A program made the translations under genes and the position numbers. From Felis catus (taxonomy: Eukaryota): DNA of 64,000 bases. Position 1 is the stretch's first letter. Every line of letters starts with the position of its first letter. The notes below the pieces were generated by a model that was not told the origin of the DNA, did no database searches, and saw nothing but the letters and a program-made list of their open reading frames with translations. Positions 1-14,149 of this stretch are shown here, in pieces. Location: the NCBI RefSeq assembly GCF_018350175.1, contig NC_058368.1, positions 23,252,001-23,316,000 on the forward strand. Direction: 5' to 3'.

Positions 1-429
1 TCATAAATTACTTAAAAGGTAAAATCAAGTGATTTAATATTTTTGCCGTCATTTGGACCATTGGGATTGTCAGTCCACCTTTTATATGTCTTTTAATAAA
101 ATATAAGCCTCTTTCAGTTTAGGTTTGCCATACGGCTTAGAGGCAATATGAAGGCAATGGAATAAACACTGGAACTGGAGTCTAGTCAGGACTTAACTTC
201 TCTGAATCTTTCTCATTTGTAAAATGGCCATACTACTTGTCTTGTGGGAATTTTGAATAAAAAGTTTTATTGAACCATTTAGTAGTAGTGGCTGCTATTT
301 CAGTCATTCATGTTTGACTACAAACAATTCATACTTATTATTTAAGTGATAAGCTAGAAGGTTTTTATTTACAGTAACTTAATGTTGATTGGACATACGC
401 AACATTCATATAATAAAGAGACAAATTGA

Positions 430-639
<210 letters not shown>

Positions 640-785
640 TAAGGAAGTTGAATTCATAAGGAAGTGAACTCTTTCCTATGTAGAAACTTATTTTATAATA
701 AATTGAATGTGAACAAATATGAAGGATAAATACCTATTAAAACAAACACTTAAAATGTATATTTATGTACACACAGGGAGGTTAA

Positions 786-963
786 AGCTGCACTGTCCAG
801 TATGGGGGCTACCAGCCACACGTGGCAATTAAAATTTATTAGAATATTCCTCAGTCGAACTAGTCACATTGCAACTGCTCAGTAGCCACATGTGGTTACC
901 TTATCAGATAGCACACATACAGAATATTGCCATCATTGCAGAAAGTTCTTTTGGGCAGTGCTG
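786..963. mobile_element. MER3-like hAT-Charlie MITE
   Basis: gctgcactgtccagta...agaaagttcttttgggcagtgctg ends and tagccacatgtgg internal motifs resemble the recalled MER3 consensus. Confidence 0.7.
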
Positions 964-1869
964 ATGAGAGTAATTAGTGTGGTAGTGAGTCAATGGCAGT
1001 AGTTTTGAGGAACTAGCCCTCTTAGTCTCCCACAAGTTCCAGACTTTAGAGTTGTCATGGGTCTTTATTATACAAAGGGTAGAGTCTGGTACTTGCTTCC
1101 TTTTAATATTTCTATCCAACAGAGAAGTAAGATTAGCTTCTCACTTTGACACCTTTTCTTTTGCATGTATTTAAAGGAAAATCAGATTCTGAATGATCAT
1201 ACCTTCCATGTATAGCCATTTTAAAAATATAAGTTGCATTATTGTAGCCTAAATTTTTCTTGATACTTTATATTAACTGTATTACTTGATTTTGTTTCAA
1301 GTCACTTTGGATATTTTAATCTCTTAAGCATTTGTAGATCATCTTTCCCTTGTATACTTTTAATTAGGTACATTCTTTATTATAGAAATGGATTTTTAGT
1401 TGGTCATTTATCTGATTGTGTAAAGAAGAATGAGTAAATTCTCTTGTGATCATAGAGGTCATTTATAAAACTAAAAAAATTTTTTATAAAGAGTAAAGGC
1501 TGATGCACATTTTCAAAATGAAATGTTCAGTGAAGGAGAATTATTTGTATAAAAGTTTTTTTGTTTTGTTTTGCTTCTGTAATAATAACATTGAAAGCAA
1601 GACTCCTGAATTACTTTCAGCTGTGAAATTCTACAGCCATATTCTGTTGGTGAGGGAATGTCTTTGTTCTCTTAAAAACTAATTTTTTTCCCTTTGTATT
1701 TTAGTTTATTTTTTCTTTTCTTTGTATGCATTTCTATATATTTTGAAGGAGTTTTTTTTTTTTTTTTTCCTTTTCTGATTAAGGGCATTGTATTTACAGA
1801 AAATTTGCAAAGTACCAAGAAACATAGGTAGGTTGGAAAAACTTCCTATAACCTCATTACCTACCATCG

Positions 1870-2108
1870 TTTTTTTTTGTTTTTTTGTTTTTTTTTTTTT
1901 TCCTTAAAGTTTATTTATTATTTATTTTGGGAGCAAGAGGTAGAGAAAGCAGGGAGGGACAGAGAGAGAGGGAGAGAAAATCCCAAGCAGGCTCCACACT
2001 GTCAGCACAGAGCCTGACATAGGGCTTGATCTCACGAACCGTGAAATTTATGGCCTGAGCCAGGATCAAGACTTGGATGCTTAGCTGACTGAGCCACCCA
2101 GATCCCCC
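1870..2108 (-). mobile_element. CAN-SINE (SINEC)
   Basis: Reverse complement of the tRNA-derived head (tgggtggctcagtc), CT tract and A-rich tail. Confidence 0.9.
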
Positions 2109-2379
2109 CCCACCCTGCCACAAACATCCTTTTTAATATTTTAGTTCATTTCAGCCTGTTCTGTAATTGGGATCATATTGTCTATTCAGTTTATATCTTT
2201 CCCTTTTTAAACTTAAGACTACATAATAAAATTTTTGATGTTAAATATTTTTCAGTTTTTAAAGGCTTGTATATTATTTGTATATAAGTCTTTGCAGCCT
2301 TGATTAGCTTTTGCATAGATTCTTAGAAGTAGAATTTTGGGATTGAAGAGTAATGATATTTTAACATGTTTGATTATTG

Positions 2380-3290
2380 GGCCAGGATAATAACATTTTG
2401 AGATGTATTTTGCCAGATTGTTGTCTGGAAAAGTTGTTCTAACTTACAGAGTGTCCATTTCAATGCCTACTTGTGCCAGAAGTGGCTGTTATCTTGGTTT
2501 TAAACTCTGTCAAACTGCTAATCAGGACATGGTATCTTATTTTTCAATTCTTTGATTATTTGTGATGTTGAGAATTTTTCATGTTTATCGGACATACATT
2601 TTCCTCAGTAGACTGCAAAGTTTCTGTTGATGTCCTTTGGCAGCTGTGTTAGTTCCCAGTGGTTGCTGTAACAAATTACTACAAACTGGACATAGAAATC
2701 TAGGTTGCTGTGTCTTTTTTTGTCCTTTCAAATACTTTCTCCTGCCCCATTCTTCTTTCTACTTCCAATATTACATGTTAGATAACATGATACTGTTTAA
2801 CAGGTCACTTTCCACCCCCCTCCAGATTGGATAACTTCTGTTTATCTATCTTAAAGTCCATTGACCCATCTCTAATAAATATGTTGTTAAGCCCACCTAG
2901 TGAATTTATCATTTTAGGTGTTGTGCTTTGTAGTTCTAGATTTTTTTTTTTTTATAGTTTTATTTGCTACTGAGGTACCTATCTAGTCCTTTATTATGGC
3001 CATATTTTTCTTTAAATCCTTAAGCATATTTAAAATAACTTTCACAGTCCTCTGATTTTAAATCTGGATCATGTTGGGTTTGGTTTTTCTTGTCTCCTTT
3101 TTCTCTTTACCATTGGTCACATTTTCCTATTTTTCTTTCATGGATACAGTAATTTTTAGTTGCATACTGGACATTTTGTAAAATATGGTGTAGAGACGAA
3201 ATTCTTTTATTTTCCTCTGGAAGAATGTTGATTTTTATTGTTATTTGTAGTTAACTTAGCAGGACTTGAAACTTTGTCTCATGTTGGGCA
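2380..3290 (-). mobile_element. Old L1M fragments with a short MaLR (MLT1) fragment near 2643-2692
   Basis: T-rich degenerate L1 antisense sequence; MLT1-like terminus tgtgttagttcccagtggttgctgtaacaaattac. Confidence 0.45.
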
Positions 3291-3509
3291 GGCTTCTGGG
3301 CTGAAACCGATCACTGCTTTCAGCCTTTTATCAAGTACAGCAAGGAGAATGTTGCAGTTATATTGGGGTGAGGAAGGGATAAAGCACTGAAAGGTGAAGT
3401 TGGGAGAATTGACCTTCATATGAGTCATTTTGGTAGACTGCTGGAAGTAAAACCTGATTAGAATGGGTTTAAGGGAGGATTGCAGGAGAAAAATTTGTAC
3501 GATGAGTTT

Positions 3510-3738
3510 AGGCAAAGGGGCTGGCAGATGTAAATATTTTAGGTTTTGTAGGCCACGAATGGTGCTTTTCTTCATATTTTTGTTCTTCTCCTTCTTTCTT
3601 TTCCCTTCTTTGTTCTTCACAACCCATTAAAAATATGTAAAAATGTGAAACCCATTCTTTGCTTACAGGCAATACCAAATAGGCATAGGCAATATCTGGG
3701 CCATGGGCCATATTGTTTTTTTGCTGACCCTTGGTTTA
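3510..3738. mobile_element. MER58-like hAT MITE
   Basis: gtaaatattttaggttttgtaggccac and tttgctgacccttg terminal motifs. Confidence 0.5.
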
Positions 3739-4257
3739 AACAGACAATTTGTTCAAGGACTTTTGCTGTACATGAAGTGAAGGGTAAGGGGGAAGAGGTT
3801 GCAAAATATATTTTTCTTTCTTTAAGGTGGGAAAAATAACAGCATTTTTGCAAGTTGTTGGGATTTAGCCAGTAGGTAAACAGGGGGCACTTTATAATGC
3901 AGGAAAGGTAGAATTGCCAGAACAATGTGTCTGAGTAAGTGAGAGGGAGTGGGGTCCAGGGTGCAAGTGACGGGGTTAGCCAGGTGCATGGATGGTTAAT
4001 TTTTGGCAATTTTAAAACAAATTTTAAGTGTTTTTGAAGTGGACTTTTTTTTCTCTTTTATCTGTTATCATCTGCCTAGGGTGGGTGTGGAACTACTAAC
4101 TTTGATGGGGCAGTTTTAATTCCCAAATATTCTTTTTTAATAAACAGTTTGAATGCATTGTGAACATAAATTGAAATACTTTCAATAAATAACAAAACCT
4201 AATTAACTAAACTAAGAACTATTATTGGTTAGTTTATTGTGTCTGTCTTGAAATTAA

Positions 4258-4706
<449 letters not shown>

Positions 4707-5105
4707 TAACTTGATTAATTAGTAGATGTGGTCATTACAAGAGTATACCGTTATAATTCAAAAAGACATCACTAGTTTGTAAAAAGCTCCTGAAATCAAT
4801 GCAATAAAAGTTAACTAGAAAAAAAAGATAAAGATTCCCACTCTAATTTAGAAAACAAGATGAAGATATATTAGATGGTATTAGGTAATACTATAAATGG
4901 TAGTGATCTGGTGTAGAAGCCATTCCTGTGGAAAAATTCTGGAGATGCTAGTTCACCATAAAAGCCCAGAAATCTCAAAAATCTACAAAGCTACAAACAA
5001 GAAAATTAAAATTATTTTAAATTCTATTCACAGGTAATTTTTGTTACTATTGACTTGATCATTTTTTCTTGACTTGTTAATTTTTGTATATTTCACACGC
5101 ATGCG

Positions 5106-5109
<4 letters not shown>

Positions 5110-5147
<38 letters not shown>
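5110..5147. repeat. (CA)n microsatellite
   Basis: Direct reading; about 18 units. Confidence 0.95.
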
Positions 5148-5151
<4 letters not shown>

Positions 5152-5989
5152 TTCTCATACACACACTTCCTATTTTCCTTTCTCTCTCTTCCTGTTTGCA
5201 TATATATTTTTATAGAAACAACTTTATTTGCATATATATTTTTATAGAAAAAACTTTATTAAGATATAATTCACATGCCATCAAGTTCACTCATTCATAT
5301 ATATCTTTCAAAATACATATTTTGAATTTTTTGGCTAACATATTTTGAGCCACTTTTTCCATTTACTATGGTGTGCTTGTAAAACACTCATTTTAATGTT
5401 TGCATAAATCTGTCATATGTAGATATGCCATAAGTTAGAACTCTGACTTTATAAATGATTATCAGAACACAAGAGATGTGAAACATGATCCAAAAGATAG
5501 ACATATTATCAATCATTTTTTAAAGAAGTATATCTACTATGTGACCAATGTGGGTTTTGTAAGACTTAATAGAAAAATAAGATAGTGGCTACCTTAGAAC
5601 TAGTTTTACTGAATTTAGAACTGAGAATTCCTCATTGGTAAGGATAATTTCTTACTCTTTCCTTTTCCTGTGGCTGGAATAATGCTTAGTACACAGAGGT
5701 CATTGATAAATATTTGTTATTGATGATGCCGACAATGTACATTTTACTTGTGATGTTAGACTCTAGAATTGTTTTTAAAAATTTAATTTACCATTCTTTG
5801 AGCCTATAGAATTATTTGCCATATTTAGTTTTACAAAAAGCATTGAACTAAAATGAGAAATAAAAGTGCTTTATTTCCCTTGTTTAATAACTGTTCAAAA
5901 AAGTAAACAAATCTTATTAGAACTATATTTCTGTAGCTTCTTTTGGCATAAACTCTAAAAAGCAGAGTATTATCTAATTATTTAACTGT

Positions 5990-8600
5990 TGAATACTTAC
6001 TAACGTGAACTAAAATTCTAATTACTTTTCTAGGTATGGCTTTTAGGGCCTAGGGACAAGAATAAAGCATATGAAGACTTCCAGTGTTGTGGGCTGACAG
6101 GAAGGGCATTGGAGTTGGAAACAGGCCAGGAACCTAGGGAGACAATGTAGATAGCATTGAAGTAGCTGTATACTTACCATGTCTCTTTGTGTTGGACACT
6201 GTACTTGGCATTTGGGAATACATGGTTACTTTGCTCAAGGCATTTATAGTCTGACTGGGGTGATAAAGTGAGTGTAGTGCTGTGGAAGAACAGAAGACTG
6301 AGCCAGTAACTGGGAGAATCAGGGTGGCCTTCACTGAATGAATGATTCCTTGAGCTGTCTTGAGAAACTGAATGAGTTAGGCAAGAGGAAGAATATACAA
6401 AGGCATGTAGAGTCCAAAGAAGACCACTGTGTTTATGGAATGGGAAGATGCTTATGCATAAGAATATAGCATTATTGGAATGAATGATTAATGTTGGCAA
6501 TTGAGACCACACTGTAAAGATCTCTGTTATCTGTAGTTAGGGAATTTGGATTTTAACCCCCTTACCCTAGTCCATATATATCATATATATATCATATATA
6601 TGTGTGTGTGTGTGTGTATGTATATATCTCCGTCCCCTTCCTCTTTATTTATTAATTGTATATATGACTTAATATATATTTAATTATAATTATATAATTA
6701 TTATATATTATATGTTATAGTTATATAATATGTAATAATTATATTAAACATGTAATATTAATATATGTTTAAAAGAAAGTAACTCTGCTACTATAGGGTG
6801 AAATGGAGAGAAGAGAGGCACTGTCAGGAGAGATCAATTTGGTTGTTATACCTACTTGTTCAAAAATATTAAGAAGTCCTGGACAAAGGCAGTGTCAGTA
6901 AGAATACAGCAAAGAAACCTGATTTAGAGGCATTTCTGAAATAGAATCATTAAATTCATTTTTCCCCCTTTTTGTGTTGGGAGGCCATGGAGAAGGGTTG
7001 GTTAGGTTAACTTTAGGACTTTTGGTTGGAGGGAATCATTGGGTGGTGATACCTTTTGTGCTGTCAGAGGCAAAGTAGAGAAATAGGTATTTCTGAATGA
7101 ATGTGTTAAGTTTGGGTTGTGATGACTGTATCTAGCAGGCAGTGGTAAGGATACTATACTTCCTATAACGATTGGATGTATATTTGACAGTCCTCAGCAC
7201 TGTGAGAAAAGTTGAAGTGTTAGGAGTTGGTAACGTGACCCATGTGAGTGAGATGAGGAAACCAAGAGTGGAACCTTCTCCCCTTCTCCTCCCCTCCCTA
7301 CCCTCCTGGATGAAGGATTGAATAGAGAAGGAAGACCCAATAAAAGAGAAAAAAGAAACCGACAGATAGTTGCTGATCAGGAGAAAGCGGTGACATCCAA
7401 GGGCAAGGTGGAGGGTTTTGAGAAGTAAGGGATGGGCAGTAGTGTCCATCTGTAGGAGTGATCAGGCAGAGTAAGGATTGAACTGATGATTGGGAACCCT
7501 AGCAAGAACAGTAGGGGAGAAGGGGGCAGAGACCAGGTTGTAATGGGTTGAACTGTGGTCAGGAATTGAGGGAATGGAGACATCCAGGCGAGATTACGTT
7601 TTCAGGGTACTTTTTCTGAAGGCACAGAAGAACATAGTGTTAGCAGTTGAATGGAGGTGGGGTCGAGGAGAGCTATTTAGTGTGTGTTTGTTTGCTTGTT
7701 TGTTTAGAAGACCAGGAAGATGAGCTGTTTCTAGCTGGAGAGAGAAGAGATTTGAGGATGAAGAAGAGAGTGAGTATAGTCAACAGAGTGAAGGCCTGGG
7801 GAGATACAACACAGTAATTAGGGGATGAGATTAGTTTTCGACTCTCTCCTTGAGGTGTCATTGGAGAAAGGAAGATCACATGTTAAAAATTAGAGTCCTT
7901 GAAGTGGGATAGGAGACTTATGAGGGAAGTGAGATGTATGAGACAGACCACTAGAGAAAGGGTTGCTGATGAAGAGTCATGATTGTGCCGCCCTTCAGGT
8001 TATGCTAGTGTATCGGGGTTGTTGTTGTTGTTCTCATTTTTTTGCTTTTCCTTGAAGTTGGAATGAGTAAACTGATTGGTTGAAATCATCCAATGGTGCA
8101 CTCTTTGAAGGGATGGCAGAGGCATACTGGTCTCAACAGAGGTAGGGTATGGAGGAATTAAGCATGCAGCTAACAGTATCATTGTATTGCTCAGCCACAG
8201 GTTCTGGGCTCGGTAGTGAAGAAAAGTCAGATCTGCTGAGAGTCTGGGAATTAGAACAAGGTTCAGGGAGTAGAGGCTTTTAAGAGGAAAAGACTGGGTT
8301 TTGATGGAGTTAGAGATAATAGGCACAAGGAGAGGAGGTTAAGCATAGTGTGATTTACATAGCTGATATTCTAGAAACATTCATTCTGGTCAAGTCAAGG
8401 ATTTGGCTTTGGTGGTAATTAGTTGAAATGGACTGGAGGTAAAAGTGACATGGTAGAGATCTAATAACTTCAAGTCCAGAGTGTTAGATGATGCTTGTGG
8501 TATGCAATGAAGCTATGCAGGATGAGGTGGGAGGGAGGGAGATAAGAGGGTGCCAAGGTCATTATGAATTCTAGTCTGTTTCTTCATTTCTTAAAGGTCT
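5990..8600. mobile_element. Degenerate L2-like sequence in SUCLA2 intron 8
   Basis: Purine-rich sequence with motifs typical of antisense L2 (e.g. cagtgtcagtaagaatacag, gttaagtttgggttgtgatg). Boundaries uncertain. Confidence 0.4.
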
Positions 8601-8882
8601 AGAAATAAGAGTGGTAAAGATAAGGAATGGATAGCATTGTTCAGTGTTTTTCAACCTTTTTAATGTCCTGTCATTCACAGAAGATGATATTTCAAAGGGG
8701 TATAGGCGATAAATAGAGAAGGTTGCTTATAGTCAGAGACCACTGGCCCAGAGGCAGTAGCTGTCCCAGAACCTTCCTAGCTGCCCAAAGGGTAGAGGGG
8801 AACAATATCTTGGTATGTCTGTAACCCATTTGTATCATTTGTAGCTCGCTAGTGGGAAGCTCTGGTATAGGTGAATGAAGAC

Positions 8883-9100
8883 TTTTTTTTTTTTTTTTTT
8901 TCTAATGTTTTATTTTTGAGAGAGAGAGAGAGAGCATGGGTGGGAGAGGGGTAGAGAGAGAGGGGACACGGGATCTGAAGCAGGCTCCATGCTGACAGCA
9001 GCGAGCCCGATGGGGGGCTTGAACTCATGAACTGTGAGATCGTGACCTCAGCTGAAACCAAGAGTCTGGCACTCAATCAACTGAGCCACCCAGGTATTCC
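8883..9100 (-). mobile_element. CAN-SINE
   Basis: Full body; degenerate TSD tgaatgaagact / tgaactaagact. Confidence 0.9.
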
Positions 9101-9596
9101 TGAACTAAGACTCTTTAAGAAATAAAAAAGATTTGGGGGGAGGAAATGATCAAAGAACAGTGATTCAGACTTATCAGGGATGATGAAAGAATGCTGATCC
9201 AGACGGGCCTTGAGGTTTGGATGTGAAGTGTAGCCAGGAGTGGGTATTCAGGAGAAGTTGAGTGATTTTGAGGTTCTGCTTTGTGTGAGAAATTGGTGGA
9301 GTTGATGGGGATAAATGAAGAACGAATGATAGTCAGGTAGTGAACACTAAATTGGAGATCTTGCATGTGACATTATCTTAAATCATGATCTGGGGCAGTC
9401 TTGTTGGTGTGGTGTATGGCTATGCTTAATAGAAAACGAGTAAATGCAGTCCGGAAGTCTTTGTCATATGGGAGGAGACTAGAGAATATGAGCCAGGCAT
9501 TGAAATTACCCAGCTTGGGGAGAATAAGTTCTGGTGAGTGGTGGGCTGCATAAATTTTAGTGATGAGAGTACGGAGAGTATGATGGTTTGATCTGA

Positions 9597-9869
<273 letters not shown>

Positions 9870-10293
9870 TGAACTCGAATTGTTTAAAAGTTCCTAATTC
9901 CAAGGAGTTCAGTTCATTTAAAATACAGTTTTCAAATAGCTATGTCTTTCAAATAAAAATGTTATGTAATAGGAATTTTTTTAAATGTGGGTTTAAAAAA
10001 AATTCTGACATTGGGGCAAAAATATTTGTAGTTTTGCTTGGTATAATTTGGCACATGATTTATTCGTTGTGCTTTGTTTTGAATTCTGACTTTCCTGAGT
10101 TACCATTGACATGGTAAACCAAGATATTTCATGAGGTAACTCTGGACTTTTACAGTATTTTCTTTGGTTTTAGAAGCACTTATATTAAATAATGGAAGTA
10201 CTCCTATGTTGAAATTTCATATTGTGACAGACATTTTAAATGATTTTGTGTAAATATTGAAAACATCTTTATATTTGCATAAATCATTTCCAG

Positions 10294-10382
10294 GTACAAG
10301 AGTTGATGATGCTAAGGCCCTGATAACAGACAGTGGACTTAAAATTCTTGCTTGTGATGACTTGGATGAAGCTGCTAAAATG
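10294..10382 (+). CDS. SUCLA2: SUCLA2 coding exon (89 bp; exon 10): (G)[29 protein letters not shown]
   Basis: tttccag| acceptor, |gtaagc donor. Translated by hand because it is below the ORF-track cutoff. Phase 1 to 0. Confidence 0.96.
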
Positions 10383-10520
10383 GTAAGCAGGCTATGATAA
10401 TCTAGGGACAGATTTGCGAAGTGTGTAAGATGGATGATAGGTGTAAGGGGTCCAGTGCTCCTAATATGCAGCTAAAACACTCATTATTAGCAATATTAGC
10501 CTGTTCATTTTAGAATCTAA

Positions 10521-10751
10521 GTTTTATTTATTTATTTATTTATTTATTTATTTGACAGAGAGTGCGCACATATATGCACGTGGAAGGTGGGGGTGGGGAG
10601 GGGTAGAGGGAGCAGGAGAGAGAGAGTCTTAAACAGGCACCACGCTCAGCACTGAGCCTCAGCCAGCCCAGGGCTCAATCCCACAGCACTGGTTCATGAC
10701 CTGAGCTGAAGTCGAGTTGGATGCTTAACTGACTGAACCACCCAGGCACCC
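10521..10751 (-). mobile_element. CAN-SINE with (TTTA)n tail
   Basis: Head motif ...gactgaaccacccaggcaccc. Confidence 0.85.
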
Positions 10752-10769
10752 ATAATTAATTTATTTTTA

Positions 10770-10953
10770 AAGGATTTTTTGTTTTATATTATATAGATAT
10801 TGCGTGGTTCTAAAGTCAAAACTATAAAACAAGGTATATTCAGAGAATCTAGCTTTTATACTCATTCCCTGTTTCTTCTTTCCCCACACATAACCACTTT
10901 TTAAAAGAGGTCTTTAGTTCATCCTTCCAATTTTTAAAATGATAAGCAAATAA

Positions 10954-10996
<43 letters not shown>

Positions 10997-11125
10997 CTGT
11001 GTGTGTTTATCTGTCTGTCTACATTTCTCACATTATTTGATGGTAATATGTATTTTACCTCACTTTTTTTACTTAATAACCTATCTTGAAGCACACTCCA
11101 TAGTAGACATAAAGGTGTTTTGAAA
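10770..11125 (-). mobile_element. Old L1M 3' end fragment containing (TG)n
   Basis: aaagtcaaaactataaaacaaggtatattcagagaa motif; a similar motif occurs at 28450. Confidence 0.5.
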
Positions 11126-11589
11126 ATGAGAACTTTTGATTCTTTGCTACCTTTGTTTATAGACATTTTACGGAATACTCTGGGGCTATATGGTTTAATC
11201 AGCAATAGGCTTTTGAGATTTGCTAAGTTAGTATGTTACCATTTTGTAAAAATAATAAAGGTCTTTTGTCCTTCTTTGGGACATACTTTGGGAAAGTACT
11301 CACTGGTAAATAAAAATCAATTGCACTTTAGTGACACAGGGACTTACACTTAATCTTGAGTTTAAGATTTTGAGCAAAGAAATGGTAGAAGGTGTTCCAG
11401 AAAGCTTTGTGGACATGGAAAGAAAGTAGAAGAATCAATAGAATCTTGATTAAATAGACCCCTGACAGATAAAAGTGAGCAGGTGGTTTAATTTGTGACT
11501 AGTGTTTTTCTTCTGACTATGAGATTATGGAGGTTATAATAATATAGATGATAATATGGTGATGATGATGATAGTAGCAGCTGCTGCCA

Positions 11590-11785
11590 TTTATTGCTTT
11601 TTGTGCATGCAATGCTAAGCTTCCTCTACAGGTATTGTCTCATTACAAATGTGGTTATATAATTTCTGGTTTTATAGATGTGGAAACAGAGGCTAAATAA
11701 ATTATTCATCAAGATCACATCATACGTATCGGAATGGGATCTGAACCCAAGGGGCCTAACTTCAAAACCTTCTCTTTACTACTCT
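11590..11785 (-). mobile_element. MIR
   Basis: ttttatagatgtggaaacagaggct...aagatcacat...ggatctgaacccaag core. Confidence 0.6.
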
Positions 11786-12398
11786 CTTGGGCAGGAGAGA
11801 AGCTGAATTTGTTGTTTGTTTTTTGACATGTTTATTTTGTGTAATGTTTTGTATGGTACCAGCTGGTTAGTCTTAGATTATAGAGACAACATTGCAATTC
11901 AGCTTGATGAAAAGTAAAATACTAACTAACTCCCTAAACCCAAGCTCCTATCCCAATATTGCAAGTTAAGGTGTGTACATATTATTTAAACAGATTTTTA
12001 TTGAGATGTGCTTTGCACTGTGTGGCGTCCAGCTAAGACAATTACAGTTTCTATCTTTAAAAGAGAAAAAAATTTAAGCAATAAAAAAGATTTATATACA
12101 TATATCACACATATATATTCAATTGGAATATGTATAAAATATATATACATCTTCAATTAGAATATATATAAAATCAGTAAGTATTGAACTGAGGCATGAG
12201 TTGTGAATAGTGTCAGATTTGACTATCCTTCAAGAGTGGCAAATGCTTGTAAGAGTGTGAAGTGATTTATAACAATGTCAGAATAGCCCAGATGTTTTAA
12301 ATGAAAAAGACTTAATGTGCATTAATTTCACATTCATCAGTAGTTCTCATTTTATGGTTTCGTGAAGAGATAAAAGATGCTTTGTATTTTCCTTTCAG

Positions 12399-12473
12399 GT
12401 TGTAAAGCTCTCTGAAATAGTGACCTTAGCCAAGCAAGCCCAAGTGGACGTGAAATTTCAGTTGCCAATCTGA
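12399..12473 (+). CDS. SUCLA2: SUCLA2 terminal coding exon (exon 11): [24 protein letters not shown]
   Basis: ttttcctttcag| acceptor; 24 codons then TGA at 12471-12473. The C-terminus ...VDVKFQLPI is the SUCLA2 (ADP-forming) type, not SUCLG2. Confidence 0.96.
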
Positions 12474-12784
12474 TCCGAGAACCCAGAGGATGGCTGAAGG
12501 TTTTAAATGTGATATAATCGTTAAAAATACTGTGTTCTGTATTATTATTGTTCCTTTTCTCTTGATTGTGTGGAGATTGTAATTGCCAGCTCGGCACAAA
12601 AACTTTTAAAAGCATTTGCTCTGCATTTAATTCTCTGTTCAGAGTGGGCTCTTTGTGTAAAGAATGTGTAACGCAGTGATCTCTTTTTTTTGTTGCAACC
12701 TTCTTTTTTACTTCTATGGAATGTCACTTGCAGTATGCCAGTTTATTGTTAGATACAACATTCTTCATTGATAAGAGTCCTATG

Positions 12785-12795
12785 AATAAAATAAA
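12785..12795 (+). promoter_or_regulatory. Proximal polyadenylation signal candidates (overlapping AATAAA at 12785 and 12790)
   Basis: gAATAAAATAAAt; a further ATTAAA lies at 12865-12870. Confidence 0.5.
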
Positions 12796-13095
12796 TATGA
12801 AGATAAAGCTTTATTCTTTAGCTCTAGAAATATATGTAATTTAGCCTCATTAGTAGAGCAATGTATTAAAACAATGTTTTATATAAGAAGTGTTTATCTT
12901 CAGAACCAAATACCTATCTAAATATATCAATTACTATTTATAAACAGAGCCTTCAAACACTCCCCAAAATATTCTTTTTAAGTATTTCAGTGAAGTAACT
13001 TGTTATTTGAACATTGTTTTAACCATTACAAAACACTGATTACTGTATGTTTTCATGATCCTGTGGTATTGATAAGAACCTGTAGGTTTATATCA

Positions 13096-13160
13096 AATAA
13101 AAGGTATATTCACTAAGGACTTGGCAGACAAAATTAATAATGTCAGTTTAAGTTAATAAA
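13096..13160 (+). promoter_or_regulatory. Distal polyadenylation signals (AATAAA at 13096 and 13155)
   Basis: Two canonical hexamers; the second is followed ~28 nt later by a long T-rich downstream element. Confidence 0.6.
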
Positions 13161-13624
13161 AATCTCTCAGTGTAACTCGGATTAATGTTTTTTTTTTTTC
13201 TTTTTCCTTTTCTAAGTAAACACAGTAGACGGTGATGTGTTCATCATTGCACTAAACATCTCCAAGGAACTGATTTGTAGATCACGTACTGGGGCATGAC
13301 ATTACATATTATGGAGCTACCTACAAATATTTCCCTTGAATTCTGATATTTATGTGTGAATCATCTAGTACTTTCTTTAAAAAAAAAAACACAAACATGT
13401 TTTCCTTTGTGTCCTTGTGTGTGTATGTATCAGGCTTTTGTTCATTGCTTAGAACAGTTGATATTTAACTGTTAACAGTGTTCATATCATGTGATTAACT
13501 GTGTAGATACCGTGGAAGGAAAAATCAGTCCAGCAATGACTATGTAACCATACTGGTGAATATAAGGACTTCTGCCTATTTTGATGTTCTTAATATGTGA
13601 TCATTACACACACACACTATGAGA

Positions 13625-13760
13625 GACTGCATAGCATGGTGATTATGAGCACAGAATTTGAAAGCAGTCTGTCTGGTTTGAATCTTGGCTCCCTTACTTA
13701 CTACCTATAAGACTTTGGACAAGTTTTTAAATTTCAGTGTATCTCAGTTTCCTTAGCTCC
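13625..13760 (+). mobile_element. MIR
   Basis: ggtttgaatcttggctcc...actttggacaagt...ctcagtttcct core. Confidence 0.6.
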
Positions 13761-14149
13761 TTTCTCATCCTGACTAGAATTATTTAGTGGGGAAAGGGAG
13801 ACATAGAGAAGGACAATGGGTGGTGGAGGGGGAAGGAGAAAGGAGAAAAATTATATAAAGAGAATAGGTAATATATTCAAGTCAACTATACATATATCGT
13901 TATCTATTAGTCTTTCTTGCTCATATATTAAGAGACTAAATTAGAGCCATAAAACTATTGAAAGTTGTGATAAAGTTATAATTAAAAGTCCAAAACTTTG
14001 GCTTTTAATTAAAAAAAAAATTAGTCCAAAGAATGCTAGCCAATGATGAGAAGAGATTGGCATTTTGTATTAGTTGGGGTCTAGTCAGGAATTTAAAACA
14101 ATGCTTGGTATTTTGGAGAGGATATAACATAGGCTGTGGGTAATACTAG

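Larger units (their letters stand above)
12474..13180 (+). other. SUCLA2: SUCLA2 3' UTR (end approximate)
   Basis: AT-rich sequence with no recognised repeat after the stop. Several polyA hexamers, then a T-rich tract from ~13188. Confidence 0.7.
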
